From positions 1 to 59,259 of the IMG/VR virus record IMGVR_UViG_3300045738_001587: a DNA stretch of 59,259 nucleotides; one strand, given 5' to 3'. The notes under the pieces were generated by a model. The model ran no database searches and was not told the origin of the DNA. It saw only the letters and a program-made list of their open reading frames with translations. The DNA comes from a virus (taxonomy: Duplodnaviria; Caudoviricetes). This document shows positions 26,168 to 35,248 of the stretch, in pieces (positions within the stretch are counted from its first letter, which is position 1; each line of letters begins with the position of its first letter). Both the position numbers and the translations under genes were made by a program.

Positions 26168-27248
26168 CAAATTTGCCGAGGACGCAGTTAGCAGTAGCGT
26201 TGTTTCCACTTATGGAGATGTCGTCAGAACCGGGACGGAAGTCCTTGACAATCTCAACAACCTTCAGATAATCGGTGTCTCCCCAGCCCTAGACATAGCT
26301 CTCGGTGGAGGGTTCAGGGAAGGTAGCTGCGTCGTAATGACGGGAGACCCAAAGAGTGGCAAAACAACGACAGCCCTTCACTTTGCTTCCAAGTGCCAAG
26401 CCTTAGGTAAAAAGGTCATATACATCAACACAGAAGGTCGCCTGTCAGTACAAAACTTTGATGGGATAAAAGGACTACAGGCCGACAAGATTCTTGTAGT
26501 AGAATCAACAGACGACAAAATCCTGTCCGCAGAAGACTTCCTAAATATCATAGAATATTATATCAACAATGATCCAGAATGTGTTATAATTATTGATTCC
26601 ACATCAAACATGGTTCCAAGAGATGAGCTTGAGGGAGAGGTTAGAACCGGAGTGAGAAATGCTCTACCAAGACTGCTATCCATGTTCTTTAAGAGAATAG
26701 GCTCCTCAATAACCAAGAACAAAACCATACTACTGTGTGTCACCCACAATATCGCCAATACCAGCGGAAGCCGATACGCCCCCATGAAAATGGCAGACTG
26801 CGGGAACATGCTTCAGTATCAAGCCGGAACCAACATGGTCATAACACACAGGGGCAAATGGCAGGTTCCAGCGCAAACTGGGCCTCATGTAGGACAAATA
26901 GCGAACTGGGTTATAAAAACATCCAATGCTGGCGGTCTGCCAAACTCAACCGCCGAAAGCTGGATTAGGTACGGCATTGGCGTGGATGAAATTCAGGAAA
27001 TAATCCATATAGCCTGCGAGTTTAGGCTCATCAAGACGGCCGGAGCTTGGTACACAATTCAGTGTGCAATAGACGACAAGGCGTCTCCAATCATAGCCAA
27101 AGTACTCAAAAAGAACGAAATCTCAGAAAAAGAAGAAGACATAGAAAGATTCTTTAAGTTCCAAGGGGTCAACAATCTATGCGATTTCCTCAACGAAAAC
27201 CCCTCTGTTGCTGACTTCATATACCAGAACGTGAAGGAGCTATTTTGA
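26145..27248 (+). CDS. recA: RecA/UvsX-like recombinase
   Basis: ALDIALGGG, Walker A GDPKSGKTT, NTEGR, IIIDS, I.YG.G, AGAWY. Confidence 0.88.
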   Translation: MAKKRKANKFAEDAVSSSVVSTYGDVVRTGTEVLDNLNNLQIIGVSPALDIALGGGFREGSCVVMTGDPKSGKTTTALHFASKCQALGKKVIYINTEGRLSVQNFDGIKGLQADKILVVESTDDKILSAEDFLNIIEYYINNDPECVIIIDSTSNMVPRDELEGEVRTGVRNALPRLLSMFFKRIGSSITKNKTILLCVTHNIANTSGSRYAPMKMADCGNMLQYQAGTNMVITHRGKWQVPAQTGPHVGQIANWVIKTSNAGGLPNSTAESWIRYGIGVDEIQEIIHIACEFRLIKTAGAWYTIQCAIDDKASPIIAKVLKKNEISEKEEDIERFFKFQGVNNLCDFLNENPSVADFIYQNVKELF

Positions 27249-27670
27249 AAGTTATAGGTTTAAACGGTAGAGAATACAATCTAAACCTTTCTAAGTACAA
27301 CGTCTACAAAAATGACAACAGAAAGAGATCCAAGCATCACGTAAGAGCAAGAGAACTCATAAACAAAGTTTACAACAGTTACGGAGTGCTTGAAGAAGTA
27401 AAGTTGCCCGGAAGTACTTCGGCGCACAAAAAGTCCGTACTATATTTAGATTTTTATATACCGAACATACGGATTGCGTTCGAGGTACACGGGCGTCAGC
27501 ACTATGAGCATGTGCCGTTTTTCCATAGAACAAAAGCGGCGTTCATACTGGCCAAGGCGAGAGATGAAGACAAAGCCGAATGGTGTGAACTAAACAACAT
27601 TGAATTGATAATACTTAAATACTCAGGAACAGACAATGAGTGGATTGAAACAATTAAAGGCGTCCGATAG
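27245..27670 (+). CDS. Vsr/DUF559-like endonuclease
   Basis: EE..LP, LYLDFYIP...AFEVHGRQHY, RD..K..WC..N.I.L. Confidence 0.75.
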   Translation: MKVIGLNGREYNLNLSKYNVYKNDNRKRSKHHVRARELINKVYNSYGVLEEVKLPGSTSAHKKSVLYLDFYIPNIRIAFEVHGRQHYEHVPFFHRTKAAFILAKARDEDKAEWCELNNIELIILKYSGTDNEWIETIKGVR

Positions 27671-28112
27671 GCTGGCAGCACACATCGAAAGCGTTGAAGA
27701 ATACATTAACCTTACTAACGTTAAGTATTCTACGTTTAAAGAGGAATTTTTACTTGCAGCAGACATGTCCAGAGACACTATGTCTAAGCTAACCACGCAA
27801 GAACTGTTTGATACAGCCTATATACTGTATGGTTACTCAACCTACATTCAAGACGAAGTGAACAAGAACAGAGTTGTGTTATCGTGGTGTGAAGACCAGA
27901 TTGAAAAACTGGTGGCTTCCAACCTTGCCAATTTTGATCAGTATACCAAGCATAATGTAAAACGCCAAATAATCATAAAGGAGAACAGCTTCGCTTCTAG
28001 TGTTGATTATATGCGGTCTGTTGCGGAGGCTAGGCTGCAATCGTTAGAGGGTAAGGTTTATGAACTAAAACGTCAAGGTGATATCCTATTAGAAAGGGCC
28101 AAAAGATTATGA
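27636..28112 (+). CDS. Helical protein in the recombination module (possibly UvsY-like mediator)
   Basis: All-alpha coiled-coil pattern; position after recA; function is inference. Confidence 0.45.
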   Translation: MSGLKQLKASDRLAAHIESVEEYINLTNVKYSTFKEEFLLAADMSRDTMSKLTTQELFDTAYILYGYSTYIQDEVNKNRVVLSWCEDQIEKLVASNLANFDQYTKHNVKRQIIIKENSFASSVDYMRSVAEARLQSLEGKVYELKRQGDILLERAKRL

Positions 28113-28471
28113 ATCCAGAAGACTTAAGTATTGAAGAACTCCAAGAGCTTCTTAGGAGCAAAATTGAAGAGAGCGAAATTGAAGAGCCTAGCGAGACTGT
28201 TATTGATGACGACTTTACGGTTACAAGAACAGACTCAGTGAATGAGGCAAATAAACAGAAGGTCGAGGCCAAGGATAACACATGGATTGACGAAGGAGAA
28301 CACAAGGACGTAGAGACTCCTGAGTATAAACCAACGACCAGAAATAGGCTCAAGCCCGAGTCGCACAAGGTTAATAGGGTCTGCCACATTTGCGGAAAAA
28401 AGTTTGAAATATCGCCAAGCCTAATCAGCGGTGAATTTACGCGATGCGATAATTGCACAGGAAGAAAATAA
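28109..28471 (+). CDS. Hypothetical protein with C-terminal Zn ribbon
   Basis: CHICG...CDNC. Confidence 0.7.
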   Translation: MNPEDLSIEELQELLRSKIEESEIEEPSETVIDDDFTVTRTDSVNEANKQKVEAKDNTWIDEGEHKDVETPEYKPTTRNRLKPESHKVNRVCHICGKKFEISPSLISGEFTRCDNCTGRK

Positions 28472-28472
28472 G

Positions 28473-29960
28473 ATGGATCAGAATCTAGCAGACGCTGGGT
28501 CAGAAAGAGCCGTTCTTTCGGCCCTGTTTCAGTACGGTATAGAAGCCTACGTTGAAGTCTCTGACATTATAAGCAGCGAAACATTTGGCAGCACTAATAA
28601 TCAAATACTATATAAGTGCGTTGAAAAAGTAATAGAGAGTAATTCCGAGGTTGACATCCCTTCAATACTTTCAGCGGCCTCGCAGATGGGTCACTCGGAT
28701 CGAGTTGAAAGCAAGCAGGAGTTGCAATACATAAAGTCCTTGTTCGATTTTCCTGTCAACAAGGATAACGTGATAAGCTTTGCTCTACAGATAAAGAAGT
28801 ACGAATTTGCCAGAAGGATTAAAAAGCTTACAACAAGAATTCATAAGGATATGGATGGTGTCACCGGTGGCGAATCTATCAACGATATCATATCAATGCT
28901 AGAAGAGCCTGTTATGGATTTCCTCAGGGAAGACGACGCCGGAGAGAGGCCAAAGAAAATTGGCGAAGATGCGTTTGAATACCTAGAATTCCTACAGGAA
29001 AATAAATGCGATATAATAGGCATATCAACAGGCTTCAACAGGTACGACCAAGCGATTGGCGGTGGTCTAAGAAGAAAATGTGTGGACTTAATAGCGGCCA
29101 GACCCAAGGTGGGCAAAAGCGTATTCGCTGATAATGTTGCCATCAACGCCTCATCAAGAGGAATACCAGTTTTGGTTCTAGATACAGAGATGTGTAAAGA
29201 AGACCATCTGAATAGGATTATCGCAAACCTGAGCGGAGTTCCAATCAATGAGGTTTCTACTGGTCAGTTTGTTGATGATGACGAAAAAAATCAGAGAGTC
29301 CACGAGGCAGTTGAGAAAATAGAAGATATACCCTACAGTTACGTCAGCGTTGCTGGCAAGCCATTTGACCAGATATTGAACATTATTAAAAGATGGATCA
29401 TACAAGACGTAAAGCTAGATGAGAACGGAAAAACAAATGACTGTGTGGTTATTTATGATTACCTAAAGCTCATGTCATCTGGCGCTATAACAAACAATAT
29501 TCAAGAGTATCAAGCTCTTGGTTTTCAAATCACATCTCTGCACAATCTATGCGTCAAATATGATTTTCCGTGTCTGTCGTTTGTACAACTTAACAGAGAT
29601 GGAATTACTAAAGAATCAACAGACGCAGTAAGTGGCTCCGATAGGCTCATTTGGCTATGCACTTCATTTTCCATATTCAAATCCAAATCTCCAGAAGAGC
29701 TTGCGGAGGATGGCCCTAGTGCAGGCAATAGAAAGCTAGTGCCAGTTGTAGCTAGGCATGGCGCTGGTCTGTCCGATGGCAATTATATAAACATGCGTAT
29801 GCACGGAGAATTTGCCAAGCTTGACGAATTGCGAACCAGAAATGAGTTTAGAACGCAGCCAGTAGACGACACAGGGCTTATAGACGAGCAGGAATTAGTT
29901 AATGTTAATGAGAGTATAAAAAATGGAACTGAAGAAGATCAAAAAGCTCCTTGGGAATAA
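28473..29960 (+). CDS. dnaB: Replicative DNA helicase
   Basis: ERAVL, GISTGF..D, AARPKVGKS, DTEM, YDYLKL, VQLNR; ATG 28473 preferred. Confidence 0.93.
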   Translation: MDQNLADAGSERAVLSALFQYGIEAYVEVSDIISSETFGSTNNQILYKCVEKVIESNSEVDIPSILSAASQMGHSDRVESKQELQYIKSLFDFPVNKDNVISFALQIKKYEFARRIKKLTTRIHKDMDGVTGGESINDIISMLEEPVMDFLREDDAGERPKKIGEDAFEYLEFLQENKCDIIGISTGFNRYDQAIGGGLRRKCVDLIAARPKVGKSVFADNVAINASSRGIPVLVLDTEMCKEDHLNRIIANLSGVPINEVSTGQFVDDDEKNQRVHEAVEKIEDIPYSYVSVAGKPFDQILNIIKRWIIQDVKLDENGKTNDCVVIYDYLKLMSSGAITNNIQEYQALGFQITSLHNLCVKYDFPCLSFVQLNRDGITKESTDAVSGSDRLIWLCTSFSIFKSKSPEELAEDGPSAGNRKLVPVVARHGAGLSDGNYINMRMHGEFAKLDELRTRNEFRTQPVDDTGLIDEQELVNVNESIKNGTEEDQKAPWE

Positions 29961-30936
29961 CCTAGACTTGGTTCTTTCCGAGCTTGAGATTGAGTATCAA
30001 AAAAACGGTGACAACCTCACCTGTCCATGCCCAGTCCACGAAGGCAGTGACAACCCAAATGGTTTCTCCTTTTCTGTTGATCGGCAAATCTGGGGGTGCT
30101 GGACTAGGGGTTGCCACCAAGAATTTGGTAATGATATACTCGGACTCATACGTGGGACATTATCCATTAAGACGGGAGAGGAAGTGGGATTCCCAAAAGC
30201 GTTGCGGTGGGCGTGTCGGATTCTTAATGTTGATAGCAAAGACGTTCAGGTAAATAAAGAAGAAGAGCCAGACGAGTTTGTCAAGCTGGTGAATATTTTA
30301 TCCCAGAAAGACCCGTCCCACGAGGATTCGTGCGCCATCATAGACTGCGATGTCTCACATCCGTCAGATTACTTTTGCTCAAGAGGTTTTTCAGAAGACA
30401 CCTTGCTGCACTTTGAGGTTGGTGATTGCTTGCAGAAAAAATCCTCTATGGTCAACAGGGCAATAATACCAATACATAACTCAGGCGGAGACAAAATTGT
30501 ATCCTATATTGGTAGGTCTGTCAGGGATTATGTCAAGCCAAAATTCTTGTTTACCAGCGGGTTCAATAAGACGAAGTATTTGTACAACTATCATAGAGCA
30601 AAAGAAAAGATTCATGAGACCTCCTGCGTGTTCTTGACGGAGGGGCAAGGCGACGTTTGGAAATTGTACGAAGCTGGAGTAGAAAATGCAGTCAGCATCT
30701 TCGGGAAGTCATTAAGCTTTTTTCAAAAAAGTATGCTAGAGAAAAGCGGCGCAACCAAACTGGTTGTTTTGACAGACAACGATCAGGCGGGTAGAGAGTC
30801 AAAGGTTAAAATTCAAAGAGAAATGAGCAGGATGTTCAAAGTTATTTTCCCCAGAATGTCCAAAAAAGATATAGGCGATATGACGGCTAAACAAATAAAA
30901 GAAGACATATTACCGCAACTGGAAGGCATGTTTTAA
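29923..30936 (+). CDS. dnaG: DNA primase (CHC2 Zn finger + TOPRIM)
   Basis: CPVH..C...C, RAIIPI, GR, EGQGD, DNDQAG, KDIGD. Confidence 0.92.
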   Translation: MELKKIKKLLGNNLDLVLSELEIEYQKNGDNLTCPCPVHEGSDNPNGFSFSVDRQIWGCWTRGCHQEFGNDILGLIRGTLSIKTGEEVGFPKALRWACRILNVDSKDVQVNKEEEPDEFVKLVNILSQKDPSHEDSCAIIDCDVSHPSDYFCSRGFSEDTLLHFEVGDCLQKKSSMVNRAIIPIHNSGGDKIVSYIGRSVRDYVKPKFLFTSGFNKTKYLYNYHRAKEKIHETSCVFLTEGQGDVWKLYEAGVENAVSIFGKSLSFFQKSMLEKSGATKLVVLTDNDQAGRESKVKIQREMSRMFKVIFPRMSKKDIGDMTAKQIKEDILPQLEGMF

Positions 30937-31682
30937 TGGTTAACATAATAGGGATATCAGGCAAGAAACAATCCGGCAAGAACACTATGGCTAACTATCT
31001 GCATGGAGAAATCCTAAAGAGAACTGGTACTGTGTCAGATTTTGAAATAGATGCAAATGGGTCTCTCATAATTACCACAAGCGTAGACGGAGACGTTGAA
31101 CACGGCGTTTTAGATGTCACCAGAAGAGACTCTCAGTTTACAAGCTATGCCCACGCGCACATGTGGCCCTATGTAAAGCTTTATAGCTTCGCGGACGGAC
31201 TCAAGCAAGTGTGCATGGATTTTTTCGACCTTTCATTTGAGCAGGCATACGGCACAAACGAACAAAAGAATACAGCGTGCCAAGTTTTTTGGGAAGACTT
31301 ACCAACCAAGACTAGCAACAAGGGAAACATGACTGCGCGCGAACTGTTGCAATATTTTGGTACAGATATAATGAGGAAGATGCTCCAAGACGTATGGGTC
31401 AACCATACAATAAAAACAATAAACCGCGAACAAAGCGGATTGGCAATCATCGCAGACATAAGGTTTCCAAATGAAGTAGAGGCTGTCAAGAGAAACAAAG
31501 GCAAGGTCGTAAGGCTAACTAGGGAACTAATCGAAGATAGCCACAGCAGCGAAGTAGCCCTAGACAAAGCAAACTATGATTGGGATAATTTTGATTTTAT
31601 AATCAACAACTCTAAAGGCAGCATAACAAACTTTTGCAAAGAGATAGATAAATTGTTTAACCAATTGGAGGTGGTATGCTAG
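30936..31682 (+). CDS. Deoxynucleoside monophosphate kinase
   Basis: GISGKKQSGK, SFADGLK, ARELLQYFGTD, DIRFPNE, HSSE. Confidence 0.88.
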   Translation: MVNIIGISGKKQSGKNTMANYLHGEILKRTGTVSDFEIDANGSLIITTSVDGDVEHGVLDVTRRDSQFTSYAHAHMWPYVKLYSFADGLKQVCMDFFDLSFEQAYGTNEQKNTACQVFWEDLPTKTSNKGNMTARELLQYFGTDIMRKMLQDVWVNHTIKTINREQSGLAIIADIRFPNEVEAVKRNKGKVVRLTRELIEDSHSSEVALDKANYDWDNFDFIINNSKGSITNFCKEIDKLFNQLEVVC

Positions 31683-32689
31683 TCACTTATATAAGAAGCT
31701 CTAGCTTCAATAACTATTCCTACTGTCAGATGCAGTATTTCCTAACGTATACGCTGGGACATCAATCAAAATCTGGCAAAAAGGCCCAACTTGGGACTAT
31801 AGTACATAAAGTTATGGAAGTCTTGGCAGGATGCCAGCACTTAGTACAAAAAATGAAGAAGATGCTGCTTATTGACGACGCTCTTGGTGAAATTAAATTC
31901 ACGAAGAAAAAGCTAGCAAGCGACGAATTTGTTAATGATATATTGCTAAGGAGCTACGACTGGTATACTAAAAAGTGCGACCATAAATACACAAAAGCAG
32001 ACTATAAATTCTGCAATGAAACCACTTGGGAGGCACTTAATCATAACGACGGACTGTTTGACCCAAGAAACAGAAAGATAGTGGCTGCTGAACCACACTT
32101 TGATATAGTTATAGATGAGCCGTGGGCCAAATATGACTACACCCTGCCAAACGGAGAAAAGCTAGAAGGACAGCTAGCAATAAAAGGAACAATTGATCTT
32201 GTAACTGAGGTAGAGGATGGTATAATTGAAGTAGTTGACTGGAAGACTGGAAAAAGGCTAGACTGGGCCACGGGGGAAGAAAAAACATACGAAAAACTGT
32301 GTGAAGACCCACAACTGCTACTGTACAACTATGCTATCTCCAAGCTATTCCCAGAGTACAAGCAGTCCATAATGACTGTCTTTTTCATCAGGGATGGAGG
32401 CCCATTTTCAATGTGCTTTGATAGCAAGGACAGGGAAAAATTTATGGAAATGCTAAAGCTTAAATTTCAGCAAATTAGCAATAACCAAAAGCCTCAGCCC
32501 CTGTCTCAAACTAGAAATCACTGGAAGTGTACTAAGCTTTGCCACTTTTACAAGAACAAGTGGCCGGGAACAGACCAGAATATGTGTATATATACAGAGG
32601 AACACCTTAAGAAACACGGAATGGAAAAAACCGTGGAAGAGTGTACGGCCAAAGGATTTAGCGTGGGCCATTATGAGGCTCCGGGGTAG
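31676..32689 (+). CDS. PD-(D/E)XK nuclease (Cas4/AddB-like)
   Basis: SS...Y..C, G..VH, GTIDL, VVDWKTG, QL..Y, C-terminal Cys cluster (CTKLC..C). Confidence 0.85.
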   Translation: MLVTYIRSSSFNNYSYCQMQYFLTYTLGHQSKSGKKAQLGTIVHKVMEVLAGCQHLVQKMKKMLLIDDALGEIKFTKKKLASDEFVNDILLRSYDWYTKKCDHKYTKADYKFCNETTWEALNHNDGLFDPRNRKIVAAEPHFDIVIDEPWAKYDYTLPNGEKLEGQLAIKGTIDLVTEVEDGIIEVVDWKTGKRLDWATGEEKTYEKLCEDPQLLLYNYAISKLFPEYKQSIMTVFFIRDGGPFSMCFDSKDREKFMEMLKLKFQQISNNQKPQPLSQTRNHWKCTKLCHFYKNKWPGTDQNMCIYTEEHLKKHGMEKTVEECTAKGFSVGHYEAPG

Positions 32690-32698
32690 AGGAAAGAT

Positions 32699-33238
32699 AT
32701 GATTGAGATAGAAATTACAGAGGAAATGAAGAAGAGGGCATGGGCCAAGTCACGGGAAATGGGAGTCATAAAGAACTCCATTATGAGTGGCGATGGCAAT
32801 ATAGCAGGGTTCTTAGGCGAAGAAGTAGCAAATTCAGTCATAAAAGGTGAGATCAACAACACTTATGACTACGACATCATTACCAAAGATGGTATTAAAT
32901 ATGATGTCAAGACCAAGAGATGCACTTCGCCCCCCAAGCGCTACTATGATTGCTCTGTTGCTAATTTCAACACAAAACAAAAATGTGACAGATACGTTTT
33001 CGTAAGAATAGAAAACAAAAACAATAGATGGGGAAGAGCTTGGGTTCTTGGCTGGCTTGAACACGATGAGTATTTTAGAAAAGCTCGCAAGCTAACCAAG
33101 GGCGAGGTTGACCCTTCTAACAACTTTGTTGTGCGTGCTGACTGTCACAATGTCGCAATATCAGAATTAACTAACTTCACGGGAGAAGAAGATGCTAGAC
33201 TTCATTTACGACAGGAGAAACTTTCTAAGAATAGGTAG
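32699..33238 (+). CDS. Restriction endonuclease-like fold protein
   Basis: GFLGE, YDYD, YDVKTK, D.YVFV. Confidence 0.6.
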   Translation: MIEIEITEEMKKRAWAKSREMGVIKNSIMSGDGNIAGFLGEEVANSVIKGEINNTYDYDIITKDGIKYDVKTKRCTSPPKRYYDCSVANFNTKQKCDRYVFVRIENKNNRWGRAWVLGWLEHDEYFRKARKLTKGEVDPSNNFVVRADCHNVAISELTNFTGEEDARLHLRQEKLSKNR

Positions 33239-34439
33239 CATTGGAGCCGGGATGAGCGCAGTTGGTCTATCTGACTACGCCTTTTCTCAAGATATAGCTC
33301 TGGGCTACAAAGACAAGACCGTCGTCTGGGTATGGCTAGGTGGAGGGCCGACACAGTTTGAAACTTTCCACGCACCCAACGACACGGTTCCCTCAGAGTG
33401 GCAGCCGGTAAACGGGGCTATTCACGACCCCAAGACTAACATAACCCTTGGGGCTGACTGGAAAGAGCTTTCCAAGCATACTAGCAAGTTAAATGTGGTC
33501 AATTCATTTAGCCACAAAGATTCCTCTCACCGTCAGGGGACTCATTTCGTTATGACTGGACATTACAACGCAGATAGAACGACTACCTCTATGGCAGAGC
33601 ATCCGTCTTTTGGGTCTATCGTGTCTGCTTGTTATGGCCCGAGCAACCCAGACAACGGGGTGCCCACCTATGTTAAGCAGGGCAAGATCGAGGGAGACGA
33701 AGGAACTTGGCTTGGAGGGGCATATAAACCCTTTGACCCATCAAACAAAGATAATCTAACCCCACGCATAGAGCTTTCGCGGTTTACAAGCAGAAAAGAC
33801 TTACTAAACGCAATAGACGGAATAAGAATTTCCGGCAACGGGGCCGAGTCCGTAGAATTTTATAAGGGACAAGCTTATGATGTGATTCTCGGCTCGGCAA
33901 AAGACGCCTTTGACCTTGAAAAAGAAGACCCGAAGACCCACGAACTCTATGGGACAGCCGCCATCGGGCAGCAGCTTCTTTTAGCAAGAAGGCTTGCCGA
34001 ATATGGCACAAGGTTTGTAACTATCCATTATGGGGGATGGGACATGCATGGCAACATCTCTAAGGCCATACAGGGCAAAGTTCCGCCCATAGATAAAGCT
34101 ATTTCTGGCTTCCTTCAAGACGTTTGGGATCGTGGTCTAAGTGAAAAAATTATGCTTGTCGTGACGGGCGAATTTGGAAGAACTAAAATCAATGCCAACT
34201 CTGGCAGGGATCACTGGCCTGCAATTACTCCTATGCTCATGGCTGGTGGACAATATCATTCTGGCAGAACCATTGGCACATCAGACCGATCCTACAGCCC
34301 GTTGGACAATCCAGTTGGGCCGCTTGACCTTCAGGCCACACTGTTTGACCATTTTGGAATAGACAAGGACATACAAAGAGTAGACAACGGTGGACGACCA
34401 AGATATTTACTCGAAGGAGAGGCGAAGGTAATCCTATGA
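33192..34439 (+). CDS. DUF1501 domain protein with Tat signal peptide
   Basis: DRRNFL plus hydrophobic stretch; WLGGGP.Q.ETF, PSFGS, GQQLLLARRLAE.G.RFV, GWDMH, D.GL, GEFGRT..N...GRDHW, AGG. Confidence 0.93.
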   Translation: MLDFIYDRRNFLRIGSIGAGMSAVGLSDYAFSQDIALGYKDKTVVWVWLGGGPTQFETFHAPNDTVPSEWQPVNGAIHDPKTNITLGADWKELSKHTSKLNVVNSFSHKDSSHRQGTHFVMTGHYNADRTTTSMAEHPSFGSIVSACYGPSNPDNGVPTYVKQGKIEGDEGTWLGGAYKPFDPSNKDNLTPRIELSRFTSRKDLLNAIDGIRISGNGAESVEFYKGQAYDVILGSAKDAFDLEKEDPKTHELYGTAAIGQQLLLARRLAEYGTRFVTIHYGGWDMHGNISKAIQGKVPPIDKAISGFLQDVWDRGLSEKIMLVVTGEFGRTKINANSGRDHWPAITPMLMAGGQYHSGRTIGTSDRSYSPLDNPVGPLDLQATLFDHFGIDKDIQRVDNGGRPRYLLEGEAKVIL

Positions 34440-34654
34440 TGACGCTTATTCTAAGAAAAGCAGCACTTCTGCTTGGTGTATTTGGTGTCGGTGCGTGGCT
34501 AATGTACTCAGCCCAAAATGGAAATTATGAAAGGCAAGACCTTCTCAAAGGAATAGCCTTGTGGTCACTTATTGGTTCCTTTGGACTATACATATGTTCG
34601 ACGGGATTACTCAAGTTTCATAGTCGAACTGTTGATAGGAAGGATAACCAATGA
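34436..34654 (+). CDS. Small two-TM membrane protein
   Basis: ATGA-coupled at both ends; two hydrophobic helices. Confidence 0.65.
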   Translation: MMTLILRKAALLLGVFGVGAWLMYSAQNGNYERQDLLKGIALWSLIGSFGLYICSTGLLKFHSRTVDRKDNQ

Positions 34655-34974
34655 CAATTAAACTAACAGAATCCGCAGGAGCAGAGGCTAAGAAATATCT
34701 TGAAGATACCGAAGAAAAGTATCTAAGGATTGGCGTGGAGGGCGGTGGATGTTCTGGCTTTCAGTATAATTTAACAGTAGTCGATGACTACGATGAAGAA
34801 AAAGATACACTGTCTCATCAGTATGGCGTAGATGTTATTGTAGACCAGAAAAGCGATCTCTATTTAGATGGAACTGTCTTAGACTACTACAATGATATTT
34901 CCAAACGTGGTTTTACTTTCAATAATCCCAACGCGACAAAAAGCTGTGGATGCGGAAGCAGTTTTCAGGTGTGA
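34651..34974 (+). CDS. A-type Fe-S cluster carrier (IscA/SufA/ErpA family)
   Basis: LRIGVEGGGCSGFQY, LYLDG..LDY, GF.FNNPNA..SCGCGSSF. Confidence 0.95.
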   Translation: MTIKLTESAGAEAKKYLEDTEEKYLRIGVEGGGCSGFQYNLTVVDDYDEEKDTLSHQYGVDVIVDQKSDLYLDGTVLDYYNDISKRGFTFNNPNATKSCGCGSSFQV

Positions 34975-34987
34975 TTTAGGAGAAGTC

Positions 34988-35245
34988 ATGACTTATATAT
35001 ATGAAGACACCAAAACCGGCGAGCTTTACCGCTACTCCAGAAGAGGTGTATACAAAAAGAATGGAAGACCCCTACGGTTCGTAAAAAAAACCAAAGGAAA
35101 CATAATGACTATAGACTTTATAAAAGAAGCTGACGAATTCTTACAGAGAAAAAACAACGCCGACGAGAAGGCTGGATACCCACCCAACTGTAACGAGGGG
35201 TATGTAGAAAAAGACGGAAAATGTGTCCCCAAAACGGACGAGTAA
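34988..35245 (+). CDS. Hypothetical protein, possibly two small genes fused (internal ATG 35105)
   Basis: AGGAG RBS before ATG 34988; second RBS AAGGA before the in-frame ATG 35105; C-terminal PPNCNEGYVEKDGKCVP. Confidence 0.55.
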   Translation: MTYIYEDTKTGELYRYSRRGVYKKNGRPLRFVKKTKGNIMTIDFIKEADEFLQRKNNADEKAGYPPNCNEGYVEKDGKCVPKTDE

Positions 35246-35248
35246 TAC

